Assembly: GCF_001194135.2 (NCBI RefSeq)
Contig: NC_068984.1
Location: 62,498,878-62,562,877, forward strand
Source of the DNA: Octopus bimaculoides
Taxonomy: Eukaryota
DNA: 64,000 nucleotides
Direction: 5' to 3'
The notes beneath the pieces were generated by a model. That model saw nothing but the letters and a program-made list of their open reading frames with translations, ran no database searches and had not been told where the DNA came from. The position numbers and the translations under genes were made by a program. Shown piece after piece: positions 38,743-54,200 of the stretch (position 1 is the first letter of the stretch; the number at the start of each line of letters is the position of its first letter).

Positions 38743-41700
38743 CTTATTCTTACGTATACGTATGCATATACTTATAAATACACCTATGTTTGCATATACA
38801 TATAAACAACCACGTAAATATACATATAAATGCATATATAAATACATACAATCACAATGGAGGGAAATTCGTTTGCTTATTGCAAACCAAGTAGCAGAGT
38901 TAGGATCTTATAGTGCAAATGTTCTAATATGCCATTTTTTACAAACGTTGGTAAGATTTGAGTGACATTTAATGGCTATATCTAACTAGTTCAGCAAGCA
39001 TCTACAACTCTCAAATTAAATCAGGCTGAAGAGGAGATTTGTGATAGCGTAGAGAAAAATGTCAATGACTTCGAATAATGTTTGGAGGCCGTGTATGAGT
39101 GAACTCTTAGAGATGATGGAATACTCGTGTCATATAGAACCGGAGTATTTGAAGAGGAGACAATGCATGCTGCAGAGGGGTGGAAAAAAGTGGAAAGAAG
39201 AGTGATCCGAAAAATATAAGAGCTGTTGTATAGTCATGTGAAACAGCTTAATTTAGAGTAGATAAAGAAGTGACATAGCAAACTTGACGGACTAAATGTG
39301 GTGCAATAATATACATTAACCAAGATTTAAGTTGATATAGTCTCTCTGTTATTTGGGGGAGATTTGAGGATGTTTGGCTGCTACTTTTGAAATTTCAAAT
39401 GACGAACGTAAAGCACATGAGGGTTTATCATACTTTTAGTTTTGGGGAATTTATAAAACGTCTGGAGTTTTCACGATAACTAGGTTGTTGGTATAATAAT
39501 TTGTGTTGAAATTCATAGGATAATGACATTATGATACACAATTCTGGGTGTTCTCAATAAAATAAGTGCTAGCATAGAATTAAGGTCTGTTGAGTTTACT
39601 TTATTTCACCTGGTAATATATTAGAGGGATATTTCACACTTTTGTAACATAAGTTCTATTTCTGTCTACAGAGTTGTTTTCATGTAATTTCATTTGTTTA
39701 CTATCAATGACTTTTCATGTTGAAGTTTATTCCTTTGTTATAGTTTTTATTAGATTTTGTTAGATATTATGGAGTTTAATTTAATATTACTATTCTAGTG
39801 TTAATGTTCTTTGAGTTTTTTCCATAAACAGATTTTTGAAAGAAGCTCTATGAAATATTGGTGACTTTGCTATTGAAGTGTTTTTTCTTCTTAAAATATA
39901 ATAAAATGTACTGTAGAGCAGCTAATTGTGTGGAAGTGTAATGACGTGAGATATAATATAGTGTTACTCCCATTTTAAAAAGATAAGTCGGATATTTGTT
40001 TGAACTTCAAAACTAAATCACACTTTATTTTTTGCAATAATAGTGATTCTGTATTAACTGTTTGATTTGTTCATTTCGTAAAAGTAGAATTCATATGTCT
40101 GGAAACGCGTAGAAGTAGAAATATTTTCAGTTTAAATTTGATTGTCTCGAATTGCTTCGTATTATTGGTATTGTTATTGTTCTTGGTGTTTTCTCGACCA
40201 ACCTCGATTGAGCAGACCTATGGAGAAAGGCGTTCAAGCAATACGTATCTCGTCCTTACATATATATATATATATATAAACAATATATGAGTATATGCAT
40301 ATATATGTACATGTATGTATATACGTTCATCCACATGTACATATAGATACATAACGGAGTACATGACGTGGCAAAAGAACAAGGACAAAAATGGTAAACA
40401 AGGTGCAACAAACAAGCAGGCCAAATAGAAACATCCCCTTCATCAGCTGCCACCATTAAAACTCCGGCGTTTCCCACGAACACAAATTAAATTGTTTTCG
40501 TGGAGGGTAGTGGCGGACGGAAAACAAGATATATATATATGTGTGTATGTATGTATGTGTGTATGTATGTATGTATGAATCAGTAATTATACTGAATTAT
40601 AACATTGCCGCTAAACCATGTGGTTTGGCAGAAGATTTTAATAATCGACTCTAGCACTTGACTGGCACTTATGTTATCAACTCTAGAAGAACGAAAGACA
40701 AAGTAGACCTAGTGGGTTTTGAACTCAGAACGTATAGAACCACAAGGAAAAAAAAATTTGTGCGAAACTACCAACTATATATCAGCGGTAAATTAAATAG
40801 AATCGTTAGCACGTCGGGTAGATTTACAGCTGCATTCATTTCAGTTCTTAAACAGCCATGCAGTCCAATCACTGGATTTTAATTCAAAGTTTCACTCTTG
40901 TCACATTATGTCACACTGATCTGGTCTGATAGTTATTTGAGGTTATACGGGTCAGTTTTTTAGATATTAATTTCTTAATTTATTGAGTTTGAATAAAGTA
41001 AGTCAACTCACATTGTTCTATGCTTCTTTCCTTATGATTTGAGGTGGATTTGGCCGTTTTTTTCTAGCAAATCGTGTCACTACATCGAGGGTTGCTGCTT
41101 GAACTAATGGTTAGTAAAGCAGGTTAGATCATTTTCGCATTACTGGCGCAATATCATATGCCAGCTTTTTAAATATTTCAGAAAACGTTTAGTTTCCGTG
41201 TAATTTTAGCAATTCATCCTTTAGCGACGAATTTTTAAAGTGAGTAAAATTAACTAGAATAATTTACTTAAAACAAATTTAGGCTATATTTCTATAAAAA
41301 TCAATTACATTTCAGACAGTGTTCGAGTGATAATTTAATAAAATTTTTAATTTTCTAAAATGTGGAGCAGCTTATATTTATCATCTTGGCATAAATGGTG
41401 ATCGTTTTATTTGCAAATAAAATGAAGAAAAGATATATAGCCAAATAGAACGATCTTTTCTCTAGTGGTATGATAAAATAAGTACTAATAACACTCTTGA
41501 GTATGTTTAATAGGATTATATGTCTTTTCTACAATTACAATTCTTGTACAAATCGTAACGTTATTTTTTTTTTCTTTTTTTGCAAGTAAACCCTAACAGT
41601 ATATTTACCATCTACGAAAGCAGGGTTTTGAAAATGGTTATTTACAATCAGCATCTATTCAAAATTACTTTTCATAAATTATGACTATATTACTATGACC

Positions 41701-42039
41701 AATAGATGAATTATCCAGGAGGATAAATTCTGTGTTAATACTGCCGATTGTATACAAAATTGTCCATTAACGTAGTTCTCAGGGAGATTCAGCATTAGAT
41801 AGAATGTGACAAGGTTGACCCTTTGAAATACAGGTACTACACACTTTTGCCAACTGAGTGAACTGAAGCAACGTGAAATAAAGTGTTTTGTTCAAGCACA
41901 AACGCGTCGCCGGGAATTGAACTCATGACCTTATGATTATGAACCAAATGCCCTAACTACTAAATCACATATAAAACAAATTTTGATTCATTATATCGAT
42001 CATTTTCTAAAGATCATACTGTTATGTCAATAAGTGACT

Positions 42040-44640
42040 GCATCATATATATGAGACTACCACTGATATGTATCCGCAATGATATGATTATCAATGCATT
42101 TACTTTAACTAACACGAACACCAATGGAAGCAAAGAAGTTTATATAGTTATTTTACACATACATTAAGCAATAAGACGCTATTAATGCTAAACTGTTAAT
42201 GGTAAAGTACAGTGCCAGTATAAGGGAACTCTGTAGAAAATTATATGTATTTATAGGAAGGCGTTCTGATGATGGTGTTCATGGTTGCATCTCCAGCTGA
42301 GATATTCAATTGGCTCTATATAACGTGTTAGTGTTCTGGTAGCAAATGCCACATTCAAAGAGAAAACCGAACAGCTGACAACACCTTCGTTTTCACATTA
42401 TCATATGATTTATTGAATTACAATATATAGAAGGATAAAATGGACATGCACTGCATCAGAGCTCTGTGACGCGCAAATTTGTAGGACGATCATATGATAT
42501 TATGATCGCTCCAAGTTCATCCTCAATAGCCAAGCCTGTCAAGCTAGACGCAGAAATATATATTTCTTGTAACAAGACGAAAGAAGAAAAACAAATATAC
42601 ATGACTCGTACCTAATGGGAAATATAGAGCAATCATGTGTGGTTGTGTCTGAGTTGTGTTTGACAGAGCTAAAACTGCTGTTGATAATCTTTACCGAAGG
42701 GTCAAGATTCGTTGGACTTAGAGGATCCTGTACTACTGTAAGTGCTATGACTGAAAGGAAATAAGAGAAATCAAACAAATGATAAAGGTGAAATGTACTA
42801 GACCGACTATGATGGTTTTCCGAGTTACTTGCAGATTGGTATAAAATCACACACGAGGAAGGAGACAGACAAATTGAGGTGGAGCTCAATTGTAGAGAAA
42901 CTGCCATAGTAACGAGCCACAGCTACAAATATCATCACAAGCACATGTAAATTGTTCCAAGTAATTTGGGCACACCAGAGTCAGGTCCTTGTTTATTTAT
43001 CAATCATATCTAAAAAGCGAGACTACTGAATTATTTGATAAAACACTTTCCGCAACTGTTCAATCCACTTAGTGGCATAAAACCTGTAGAACTTTCAAAC
43101 ATTCATCTGTGAAATATCAGTCTAATTCACTTTTTATATGAAATACCAACACTGTTTGAATTACTAGGGGCAATACCTTCTGTAATGAATCCCTTCTCTA
43201 GCGAATCTGATAGGGATGAGATTGTTGCTAAAATCAGTAAATATGGCTGATTCAGCCTTATCGACAGCATGCAGACACTGATTACTAATCCACTACACTG
43301 GGGAAGGATCGGTATCATAGTAATCAAAAGGTGTTGACATTGTCGCAATTTCCAAGAAATTGATAGAACAGGTTTTAAGAATTATGCTTCTCTCTTTCAA
43401 TAGAAGGAGCTATCTTAATAGATTTACTACCCGTACACCCAAGAGATACAGCATGATATGCAATCACTTGTATTATAACTAGTACAATACAAAAAGTTTC
43501 ATTCTGACTTAATATTTGTTAACTTTCCAAAGACTTTCTGTAGTATGAGCAAATCCGAATTGTACCAAGTACAGAAGAAATATGGTTGTCCTGAGAATCA
43601 TTCCTCCTTGTTGAAAACCACACGTACTTCAATGTTTTAAAGTGAAATAGATGTGGCAGATTCATTAAACGATGATGTGTTACGGCATCTGCACCGTTCT
43701 CACATTTTCTCATCATAATACTGGAGGAGACCTTTCATAATCTCGATAACATCGTTTACATGAAGTTACACTACGCCGGAAACCGTTTGGTCATTGCACA
43801 ATTAATAGCCAAAGGAGAACATATAGATCCGTGTGAAAGATCTACGATAAACAGCTGACTCTACTCGCTCGTATTACTTAACGAGAAACAAATTCAATTA
43901 TTCACTGCACTAAATTAAATATATAAAACAAAAAGAAAAGAGTATTTAAATCTCTACGGCAACCAACAAAGAAAGTGTAATATTCATTAAATAAATCTGA
44001 AAATTATACAGAAATTTACTCATCTTGGCAGTATAATATCGAATGTCGGACACGTTAACTCTCAGCGACAAAATGAAACGGTAAATGCAAACAGCATTCG
44101 GACGATTGCTTTTATGGGTATAGAACAATAATATCACCACCATAAATTTTAAACACCAAGAATTCAACGACAGCTGATGTCGCGTATTAAGACGACCATG
44201 TCGAATCTTGAATCGACATCTGGTTCTCGAATGTATGCCGTCTGTCCTTTCAATCATGATTGCTTGACAGTCTCCTCGACTGAAGTGCGTGATTCCTAAA
44301 TGCAGTCGAATTGTGATGACCCGGGTTCACTGAATAAAGCAAACGCACCATATACCGAGGTGGGGTATCCACGTAAGTATGCGAGTAAGAATATGTTTGT
44401 GCATATTTCCACAAGAATTTAGGTACAAGAACAGCCGTCACATCCACTTTTGTATATGGTGACGGAACAAGTACATTTTGCAAGATGCAAGCAATAGACG
44501 TCAATGGCATCATCTGGAAAGGCATGGCATCTGGTGGGTTGGTCCTCATAAAATTAAGAAAACAAAACAAAGACAATTGTTAACAAAAGAAGACATAATC
44601 ATTACATTCGAATGAGATTTTAAACGAACCAAACGCAGAT
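42040..44640 (+). mobile_element. Heavily degraded RTE-clade LINE (APE endonuclease + RT ORF remnant)
   Basis: Ordered motifs: MIINAFTLT..SKEVY; VANATFKEK..HYHMIY (APE); KHFPQLFN; IPTLFELLGAI..IVAKISKYG; LIFVNFPKTF..KYGCP; KFTHLGSIIS..AFGRL; then a C-terminal tail. Confidence 0.7.
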
Positions 44641-45511
44641 ATTGTACAGCTGTTAAAGAAGAACGCTGTCGATCTCACGTATGCTATAAGGACGCCTAAA
44701 TTAAATTCTCAAAACGAGTTATAACATTATGTAATGGACATCCATAGCTCATCAACAGATGTCTGCCGTGTTATACTTTAAAAGGCTCTGAAAGTATTCT
44801 TTATCAACATCACTATAGAATATTTTTAAAAAGAACGAGGCTCCGAGACTCATTAAAATAAATTGATTGATTTGATTCTTCTCTTATGCAGGGACGCGAA
44901 TTTCTGTCGCGATCATCCGAATACGTTAAAGGGATAGAACGGAATGTACAGATATCGATTACTTAATCACCAGTTTTCAGTTCAGTAGCCTAAAAACTGA
45001 CGTAAATAAATTCACGAAGCAAGGAAGATAATACACGACACAGGTGCAATATGTATATATTACACATCAAATCCTATGTGTGTATATATATATATATATA
45101 TNNNNNNNNNNNNNNNNNNNNNNNNNNNNNNNNNNNNNNNNNNNNNNNNNNNNNNNNNNNNNNNNNNNNNNNNNNNNNNNNNNNNNNNNNNNNNNNNNNN
45201 NNNNNNNNNNNNNNNNNNNNNNNNNNNNNNNNNNNNNNNNNNNNNNNNNNNNNNNNNNNNNNNNNNNNNNNNNNNNNNNNNNNNNNNNNNNNNNNNNNNN
45301 NNNNNNNNNNNNNNNNNNNNNNNNNNNNNNNNNNNNNNNNNNNNNNNNNNNNNNNNNNNNNNNNNNNNNNNNNNNNNNNNNNNNNNNNNNNNNNNNNNNN
45401 NNNNNNNNNNNNNNNNNNNNNNNNTGCGTTGCTGTGTACATGTGTGTGCGTGCGTTTGCTATTGTATATGCGTGTGTTGTTTATGCCCATGTGTGTGTGA
45501 TTGTATGCGTG

Positions 45512-45552
<41 letters not shown>

Positions 45553-46046
45553 GTATGTGAGTGTGTGTTTGTATGTATGCATATGTATGTGTGTGTTTGT
45601 ATGCGTTTGTGCTTCTGTATTCACTGTGTAAACAAAAGTATGTGTTTTATAGAAACAGAAGCACTTAGCGCGTTCCATGACTACACGAAATCACTTTAAA
45701 ACTCAAGCCCACCTAAAATACTAGTATGTACACAAACCACAGAAAGAAATTATAAGCACGTGTGAGTGTGTGTGTGTGTGATCAGCAAGCATGTATACTT
45801 ACTAGGAAAAGAGAAAAATACTCAAGAAAATATATCTGCACACACTTTTCTCACAAAGAACAAAGGACACACAAAAGTAGTGTGATACACCTGCATATTC
45901 ACCCATATACACGCAAACACTTACTCATACCTACTTACACACAAATGTATATGTATATATGCACTATTATCTGTCTAGCTAGTTATCTATCTCTATGCAG
46001 TCATGATTGAGTACATTGCAATACATATAAAAATACATACATACAT

Positions 46047-46103
<57 letters not shown>

Positions 46104-46112
46104 TATATGCAT

Positions 46113-46143
<31 letters not shown>

Positions 46144-47380
46144 CATATATATGATCATTAGACGCACGTATACAGACGCAGAGACATGCAACTTTTCTAT
46201 TTAATGATATATGTACACTGGTATTTATTCTGCATCTGCTCCATACATGTTGCATGCATCTTGACACACCTTTTTCGTACAAATACACCGAGAAATGCTT
46301 TTACTTTCTTGCCCGAAAATACACACACATACATACGTTACTACATAATTAAGAATTAATTATTAGACCAGCTGCGAAACAATCTGTTAGAGGACGACTA
46401 GAGCTGAGAAGCGGCATGAATGATCAATAATTTGCAATTAGCATTACTTCGCTTTTACGGATATTATTTAGGTATTTAGTTATTAGAATTTTTTTGTAAT
46501 TTGCATTGATGTTTTTCATTTATTGTCAATATAATGATCGATATGTTATAAGACTTCATATTGATTTCTTACATAGTCGCAAAGCTTCGATATTTTTAGC
46601 AGGATGGAAAATTAGAATGTCTGAAAGAATCGAAACTGGGACACACCTCAAGGCGTGTGTTTAACTTCATCCTATTGCGCTTACATCATGTTTCCACGTA
46701 TAGAAAATATGCGATATAACGCTTTTACATTGATGTCTAAACTGATTTTAATTAAATGCGCAGATAAAATAACGATACACAACTGCGTCTAAACGCTCAC
46801 CAAATAACAACCTCTATAGTGTTAACAGCCTCTTTAGTGTTATCAGATATCTATCTTTTAGACAGCAATCTATAAGAAAGCTTTTGTCTATTGCCTGTAT
46901 GGTTAGACGAAGATACTTAGAATAAATTGTATCTTTTAAAGAGAAAATGAAAACTTCGTTCTTGGATTTGTGACTAAAATTATGAGGAAATAAATAATTG
47001 TTGTCATTTACGTACATTTATTTATAGGATGTGTTTTATGATACCGGAACGTAGATTATTTTACCCATATTGTAGCGCGCGATTAGCAACAAGACGGAAG
47101 TGTACGATGAGGGTACAGAAGCTGCGATGCATCACCGAATGTGATGTTTACCTTCCAACATCTCGTTCTATTTAAGCTACAATAGGTACTGCGCAAAACT
47201 TCTTCATACAATGATCATTTCAAATGCCCAGCGGAGAAAAACAGTCGCTCGCAACAAATTTCATTTCTGCCATATCAAGAGAAGTTCCTTCAGTCGATTT
47301 GAACCAAATAAAGAAATGTGAAAAACAAGCCAGGAAAGTTAATTAAAAAATTCGAAAGCAGGTTACATGTGAGTGCGTAT

Positions 47381-47428
<48 letters not shown>

Positions 47429-47991
47429 ACATATATATGCAGGTGCGGATGCATGCATGTATCTATGCATGCAATGCATCTATCTATCTATCTGTATTAT
47501 TTTTAGAACATCTCGTAGCACACATAAAGCCAAAAATAATATCATTAGTTCACGTTCTCACAAATATTAAAAATATGGTTATGATGTCTACAATATATTT
47601 AAATAGATATCGCCATATGATAGGTAATACAGTTTCCGATTATTCCTGGTAATATACATTAACATATATGTGTTTGTGTGTGTGTTTGTGCTTGTGTCTG
47701 TGAGTGTGTGTGTGTGTGAGTGAGTGTATGTGTGTGTATGCGTATGTGCGTGTGCATATGTGTGTGTGTATGAGCGGGTACACATGCATGTGTATTATAT
47801 ACCTTCGTCTTTGTCTCATACCGTCTCTGACAACTGGTGTTGGTTTGTGTATGTTTCCAGTATAGCTGTAGTCAAATGTATGAAACAAATAAAACAATAA
47901 ACATACATACATACATATATACATGCCTACATATATACATGTACATATGTATGTATTATATACAACCATGTTGAGATGGCAAGAAGCATTG

Positions 47992-48060
<69 letters not shown>

Positions 48061-49514
48061 CACTGGACTGGTCTTCACAGTTTGCCGTTCAGTTATTCCA
48101 GTAACAGTGAGTAATGGCCATACCGAGGTGCTGAATGTATGAACATACTAGGTTTGATAACAGACAATGAATAAAGAAACGTTAAAAGCACAAACATTGA
48201 GAGAGAAAGAATAATAGAGACAGGAGTTGTAGAGAGAGTAACATCAGAGTAGTTAAAGGAAGAGTTGTACAAATAATATATTCAATTTTTATTTTATTTT
48301 ATTTTATTTTCATATTTAGCCTAAGGTATTAAATAATCTTCGTTTAATAATAAGAATTTATTTTCTCCTTTTGAATATGTATCACACTTTGGATAAAAGT
48401 AAAATTATAATTATTGTGTTTATTCCGCATATCGCGTTATTTCCCATGGTGGTAAATTTGTATTTCGAAAATTGCCTGTCATCCGATGGGTACCACTAGT
48501 ATTTTCAATATACCCGGTCATATAAATTAGCAGCAAATATTGTTTGACATACAGTGGTATCTCTGTGTTGTAGCTCTGGACGTGCTTTTATCAGTAATGT
48601 GTAAGTGGAATAAAACTAAATATTTAGAGCTTGGTCTGTTACCAACTACAGATCACATGCAGCTACATGCTTAACGTGTGGCTTGTTGCCAAATCCATTT
48701 CCGATAGATAAATTTCCAAAGAAATAAATGGACATTAAATAATTCTTTAAATGGAATGTTAATCTATTGCTAGGAACGCTTCCTTCCCAGCTTGAAGAAT
48801 CGTATCAAATAAGAAGCGTATGTTAACTTGGAAAATAAAGAAAAAATGATTAAGAAAAAGAAGAGAAAAGAGGAAATGGGGGAGGAAATAACGAGAAAAA
48901 TGCTATAGTATAATGGTTTTGTCAGAGTATGCAACCGTATAGTTAAATTAAAGACCTTCAAATAAAGAAAGATGAATTTGAATTTTCTCAAAACGACTTC
49001 AGTGTGTCATTGGGCATGACACTGAAACCTTTTAATCACAATCAATCAAGTTATAATTATCTAAAATAAATACCATACCACGAATGCTTTATTACATCTT
49101 CATTCTCTACGCAACCTCTATGACAATATTCTTTTCTCCTTTTCGCATCGCTTTTATCGTTTTATTTTTCTAATACTATGTCTCTTATTTTATTTAAGTT
49201 ATTTTAGTTTCTTTGTCTGGCCTTCTCGTAATTTGCTAACTGACAACTCATTCTTATAGAAACCACCACAGCAAAGACGTGACGTCTTTATCTGCAGCAA
49301 CAAAACGTCAAAACAGAATTCGGTCTTTGTAATTGTAAATAAATACTGAAGTCGCAGAGACGTTGACTCCTTTACTGTAGCTATTTCGCTAGGTGTAATG
49401 TTCAAACAATATTTTCGTCCGTGTAAGGCGTTAAGCTGGTAGAAACGTTAGCACGCCGGGCGAAATGCTTAGCAGTATTTCGTCTGTCTACGTTCTGAGT
49501 TGAAATTCCGCCAA

Positions 49515-50165
49515 GGCCTTCCGTGTATTGGAAAAAGAGTTACCTGTATCATGGTGATTCGTGCTGGATATAAAAAGGCCGCCTCTACGAAGCCGTGACC
49601 AACAGAAAGGGACAGAGTAGACGTTCTGACTGCGTGGGCAGACCAGAATTCATCACAACCCTTTTGAACAAGGCCTTAAGCTCAATTCAGACGGCTATGT
49701 AAAGCTAGTGGAAAATTCGGTCAAAACCTAGCAGGAGAGGGTTGCTGCTGGAAGGCTATATGTATAGCAACAGGACGCCTCTCCTTGTCAGTGTTATAAG
49801 TGGTTGTCGGAGAATTTCTTCATCATCAACCCAATTTCTGGCCTCCTATTTACGGATAATGTTATGTGGAATGCGGTTAAGAAAGATATCAATCGCTCTG
49901 CCTTCAACACTAAAGCCTATCTGGAGGCTAAAAAACAAGGAGGCGTTCAAAGAACGCCTAACTGAGTCAATGAGAAATGCTTGCACCACGTTCTGGAAGT
50001 GTTCTGAGTCCGTGTTGGAAGCTGAGGGCTTTGAGTAAACTATTATTTCCCAGCCGTAGTCTAGTTGATATGTTTTGATTTTTTTAAATGCCTTTATTTT
50101 TTGTTTGGATACTATGTTTTCTCTCCTTTTTTGTGCAAACTGTCATTTAGTACAAACACCCTGTA
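49515..50165 (+). mobile_element. Internally deleted maT/DD37D-like Tc1/mariner element with right terminus
   Basis: GLKLNSDGYVKL..VAAGRLYV*QQDASP..KWLSENF..PNFWPP..DNVMWNAVKKDINRS..MRNAC..VLEAEG. The 3' end is CACCCTG-TA at 50157-50165. Confidence 0.7.
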
Positions 50166-52499
50166 TCTTGGACCTATTTGTAAAAACTAGTTTAGCTTCT
50201 TCAAGGCAAGAAAGAAATATGTTCTGATTGTATCTCGCCTTCAAACCTGTTTTACCAGCACGTAATCCAAGTACAAAAACATACTATAGTTTGTCTCAAG
50301 ATTAGGAAGGCAACTCTAGTTCAGCTCACCGATTTCGGACCAACCATTATCATTTTAAATATTTCAGTGGATTAACGTTCATATTCCAGATAAAGATAGT
50401 TTACTGTACTTGACAATAATTCTACTAAATGTACTAACATTGTTAACTTATTCTCCTCAAATTTCAGTTGCACTCGAAAGTAGATGAAGTTGATTATACT
50501 TAAGAGTAAACACACAAACAAGGAGTAAATTGTATTGTTTATGCTAGATATCTAGTTTTAATTCTTGTCAGATGCTAGATTATTTGACTTACAACAGTAA
50601 TGATGTTGAGAACCACGTGATCGGTTCAAAATTTACTTCGTTATTATTGCTAAAGGTAAGTGTAGCTTTGTGTTTAATGCGCATTAAATATCCCATAATT
50701 TACTGTCAGATTTGTTTGTCGTGTTAGTTTCTCTGTATACATGTATGTGTAATTGTGTTCTGTGTGTAATTGTATACGGGAAAATAAGTGTCATATGTTG
50801 CTGTGAGGTTGTCAAATTACTAATATGAAAATATTTACTTTATTTTCGATTGAGGAAAATAATATTCATGTTATTAAAAAAGGGTATTTGTTTTGGCACA
50901 TAATTAGGTTGTAAACATTATTATGTAGATTACGTATCATAGCCAGGTTTCGTTTTGAAACATGATATTAGCGAAATACACGTGATGAGAATCAGAGTAT
51001 ATAATAATGTATTTAGATTAGGGATTTTAAGAGACAGACATTGCTTATTATTAAGGGTGTTTCATTTGCTCTAGAGAGTTTTTCTGACAGATCAATTACA
51101 TCAGTGTTCAACATGAGATGAAAATATGGCATTTCAATTTAACGTGTACGCAAGTTTTTATGGCAGCTAATTTGTACTCATTTCCATAGTTCATCCTACG
51201 TTTTTTTCGTCTTTTCCCTAAACGTTCTCCTTCAAGATTAAGTCAGCGAGAATGCCTCTGTGCTGTTGTCTAAATTCCTAGAAATAACAGCTGAATCTTC
51301 ATCAAATCATGTACTGGAGTACTTTTAATAGAGCAATATTTCCTAATACATTGAATTCAAGTAAAAGACGGATTGGCCAAGGTTAAGAAACCTTTGATTC
51401 TATATATCTGCTTGATCAGGGTTGAACGTGGAGTAATTAAAGGCAGCAAGAACCTCTAGACGAGAAGACTAATGAATAACACTAATGAATGTTTCTCGAA
51501 ATTCTAAAATACAATAGATACTTTAAAAAGCATACAATGAATATACAAAAAATTGGATAGTACTGCATGAATACCTTCCATCATAAATTTGCTGGAACAG
51601 TAATGACATATGCTTTAACAAGAACATCGGCTACACTTCATGTCAAAATCTTCGTCAATTATATAGCGATCATTTTAGAAATATTACAAATAAGCAATGA
51701 AATATGTTTACTTTAACCATTTATTTTTCTCAATATTTGATATAGAAATCAGGAAATCAACAAAACGTTAGTATCCTGTTCCTCAAACGATGCGTCCAAA
51801 GATTAATTTCGAATTACAGATTAATACACCAAAATGTTTTTTATACATCTGATCAACGATCATCAAAACATTAAGATTTGTATTAGATATAAATCATGAA
51901 TCAGATTCATGTTTAGTCCTAAGTCGACCGTAGTGAAATAAATCTATGAGCAAAAACAAACAAAAAAAGAATACTATTTCAGCTCTCATTATCTTATGTA
52001 GTGTTTAGACGCTGTGTTATATAGAACTACATTGTTTGATCTGTTTTAGACGTTATGGTGCGATTTGAAACAGCTTTAATTGATATTACTATCAGGTCAA
52101 ACGATACCATAGAAGATCCTTTGTTGGCTCATTTCTGTAAATTTTAGTAATTGTGTCTAAGTGAGAAATCTATATATTTATATTAGAATAATACAATAGA
52201 TATTGGAATTCTCTCAATATCCTTCGGGAATTTATGAAAGAAGTACTGTATAACGAGTTGTTTTTTTAGTTGTCTGTTTATTTTTACAACCATTGTCGTA
52301 TGCCTTGGTATGAATTCATCGGACAGAATTCATTGGACAGAATTAGTTTAACATTCTTTACTTTATGAGATTAAAATACTTCTGAAGTTGAGAGAGTAAA
52401 GGACTTGACTTGTACTGAGGTCGATAATTAAAAAAAAATATTGTACTATGATTGATATAATGGTCTGCTACATTCTCCCAAATTTATGACCTCAAGCCT

Positions 52500-54200
52500 A
52501 TACTACAAATCATTATTTTAATAACTATTATTTAAACTTGGAATAGGGGTAACCAACCGTACATAGAAACTAGTTAATGCATTGAATCTCTGTTCTGTTA
52601 TCAGATGCTGGATTGCTTCTGATAAGAGGATTTCAAGCTCAGCATACGAAAGATGATCTGTCTCACTATTTCCTTACATATTAATATCTGAGTTATTGCT
52701 CTTGAAGAACTGCATATGGTGGCTTTGTTACACTTTGACATCTTTAGTAGAAGTTTCTCTGGATATTTCATAACGGTAGTATAATTTCCAGGATATACAG
52801 CATCCCAACTTGTACTTTTTATTTATACTTGGTGTTTTTACAACTGTACGATCGAAAATTTCTCTCCAAGTTCCCTTTGATATGTACTTAAATTTTATAT
52901 ATGTTCTCATGAAGTATATTTGGTTGTTTCAAGCGGCATCACAAACGTTTTCCCTCATGTTTCTGTCCTGTACTTTCAGGAAATGATAGAAATGTTTCTT
53001 ATTCCATTCTAATATAGCAAGTCTTGTTAGGTATTGCTCATGGACTGGTTTCATTTGTAAATTTCATTACCCTTGTGTTATATACATTCTCTTTTCCCAC
53101 TATTCCTTTAATCAATTCTTTCACACACCTTTAAATATGTGCTTCCCTCTGAATACGAGAAACATTTTTCTTCAGATTTTACACTTACTCGTATGTTTCT
53201 CAATATCACTTACCAAAATTTAATGATGTGATATAACATTTTTTTAAGTTACTACACGAAAATTCTAACTAGTTAGGTTCCTGGCGAAGAAAAGATTTTC
53301 GTGTCGACGTATGCGTGTGTATGTAGCGTATTCTGAATGCTGCCATTGCTTCCTTTTTCCTATTTAGTCTTGGCAATTCATTTACATTATATTTGTAATT
53401 TCTCTAGAGGTTGATATCTAATTTCTCATTCTCAGAATTTAATTCAATTTTAAGTATTACTCCAAAGTTTCTTTAATATTTCTTTCTAAATTTGGTTACA
53501 TTTCTGAGTGTTTAATCTCGTTGATTGTTACGTATTTGCAATTCTATCTGTGGTCAACTTCTTTTATATCTATTTCATTGTCTAATATATTTCTGCTTCC
53601 TTTTATTAGTTTATCTCTATTGAAGCAATTTAAACTATTGCAATATATTCGGTCTATTTTGCTAGACCGAATTTCATGCCAATTTCCCTACTGAATCTAT
53701 GCAACGTAGATAACAGAATTTCCATTTTTTTTGCTATCTGCGCGCTGTTTTTGAAGTCGACCTAACCAGATTTAAGTTCTTTTTTACACACTACATACCC
53801 AGAGTCGTCTTCTTTTAATGAGGGTATATTTTACTAGTCTCTCTTTTGTTTGCACCTGTAAACTTGTCTTTAAATTATAAATGGTATGTTATGTGCACCT
53901 GTACCTTATTGGTCTTAATATTTTCAGATATCAAGGTTAACATTTTTTATTTAATACATATGATGCTTAATTCAATCTTTGTTTTGAGTGATGCTTGATT
54001 TTTCAAAATTTCGCTTAGTATTTCTCCAGTTGAAACTATTGGCACTTGTAATAAAATATACTAAAATCTTTGCCTATTTCGCAGGTTTCTGTTAGCTGTT
54101 TTAGTCATAATTTCCAATAAAGATAGTAGCGCGTATTTTTTAATTGTATATATTTTCGAATTGTTACATTAACTCCATATTTGTTTGTTGCATCGTTTCC
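52500..54200 (-). mobile_element. Degraded R4/Dong-type non-LTR RT region
   Basis: Minus strand: FSREIGMKFGLAK (resembles FSxDIGMxFGLDKC) and VILKIELNSENEKLDIN (resembles ILKxELNxxNKxxAIN). Boundaries are approximate. Confidence 0.55.

Noticed and set aside
40420-40480. Minus-strand GAAAC...CTGATGA-A-GGGG in permuted (type II-like) order
   Set aside because: Neither stem I nor stem II can be formed in this copy. It is worth revisiting only if a family consensus restores the pairing.
42020-43360. Apparent class-A GPCR pseudogene on the minus strand (VAVARYYAV, TRKTIIVGLVHF, LLPLVFVLVKVNALII)
   Set aside because: The plus strand carries ordered RTE APE and RT motifs across the same interval. 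The hydrophobic reading is the antisense of an A-rich LINE, and the helix spacing is inconsistent.
53647-53672. 10-bp hairpin ATTCGGTCTA-TTTTGC-TAGACCGAAT
   Set aside because: It is short, lies inside decayed R4/Dong coding sequence, and has no terminator or ribozyme context.
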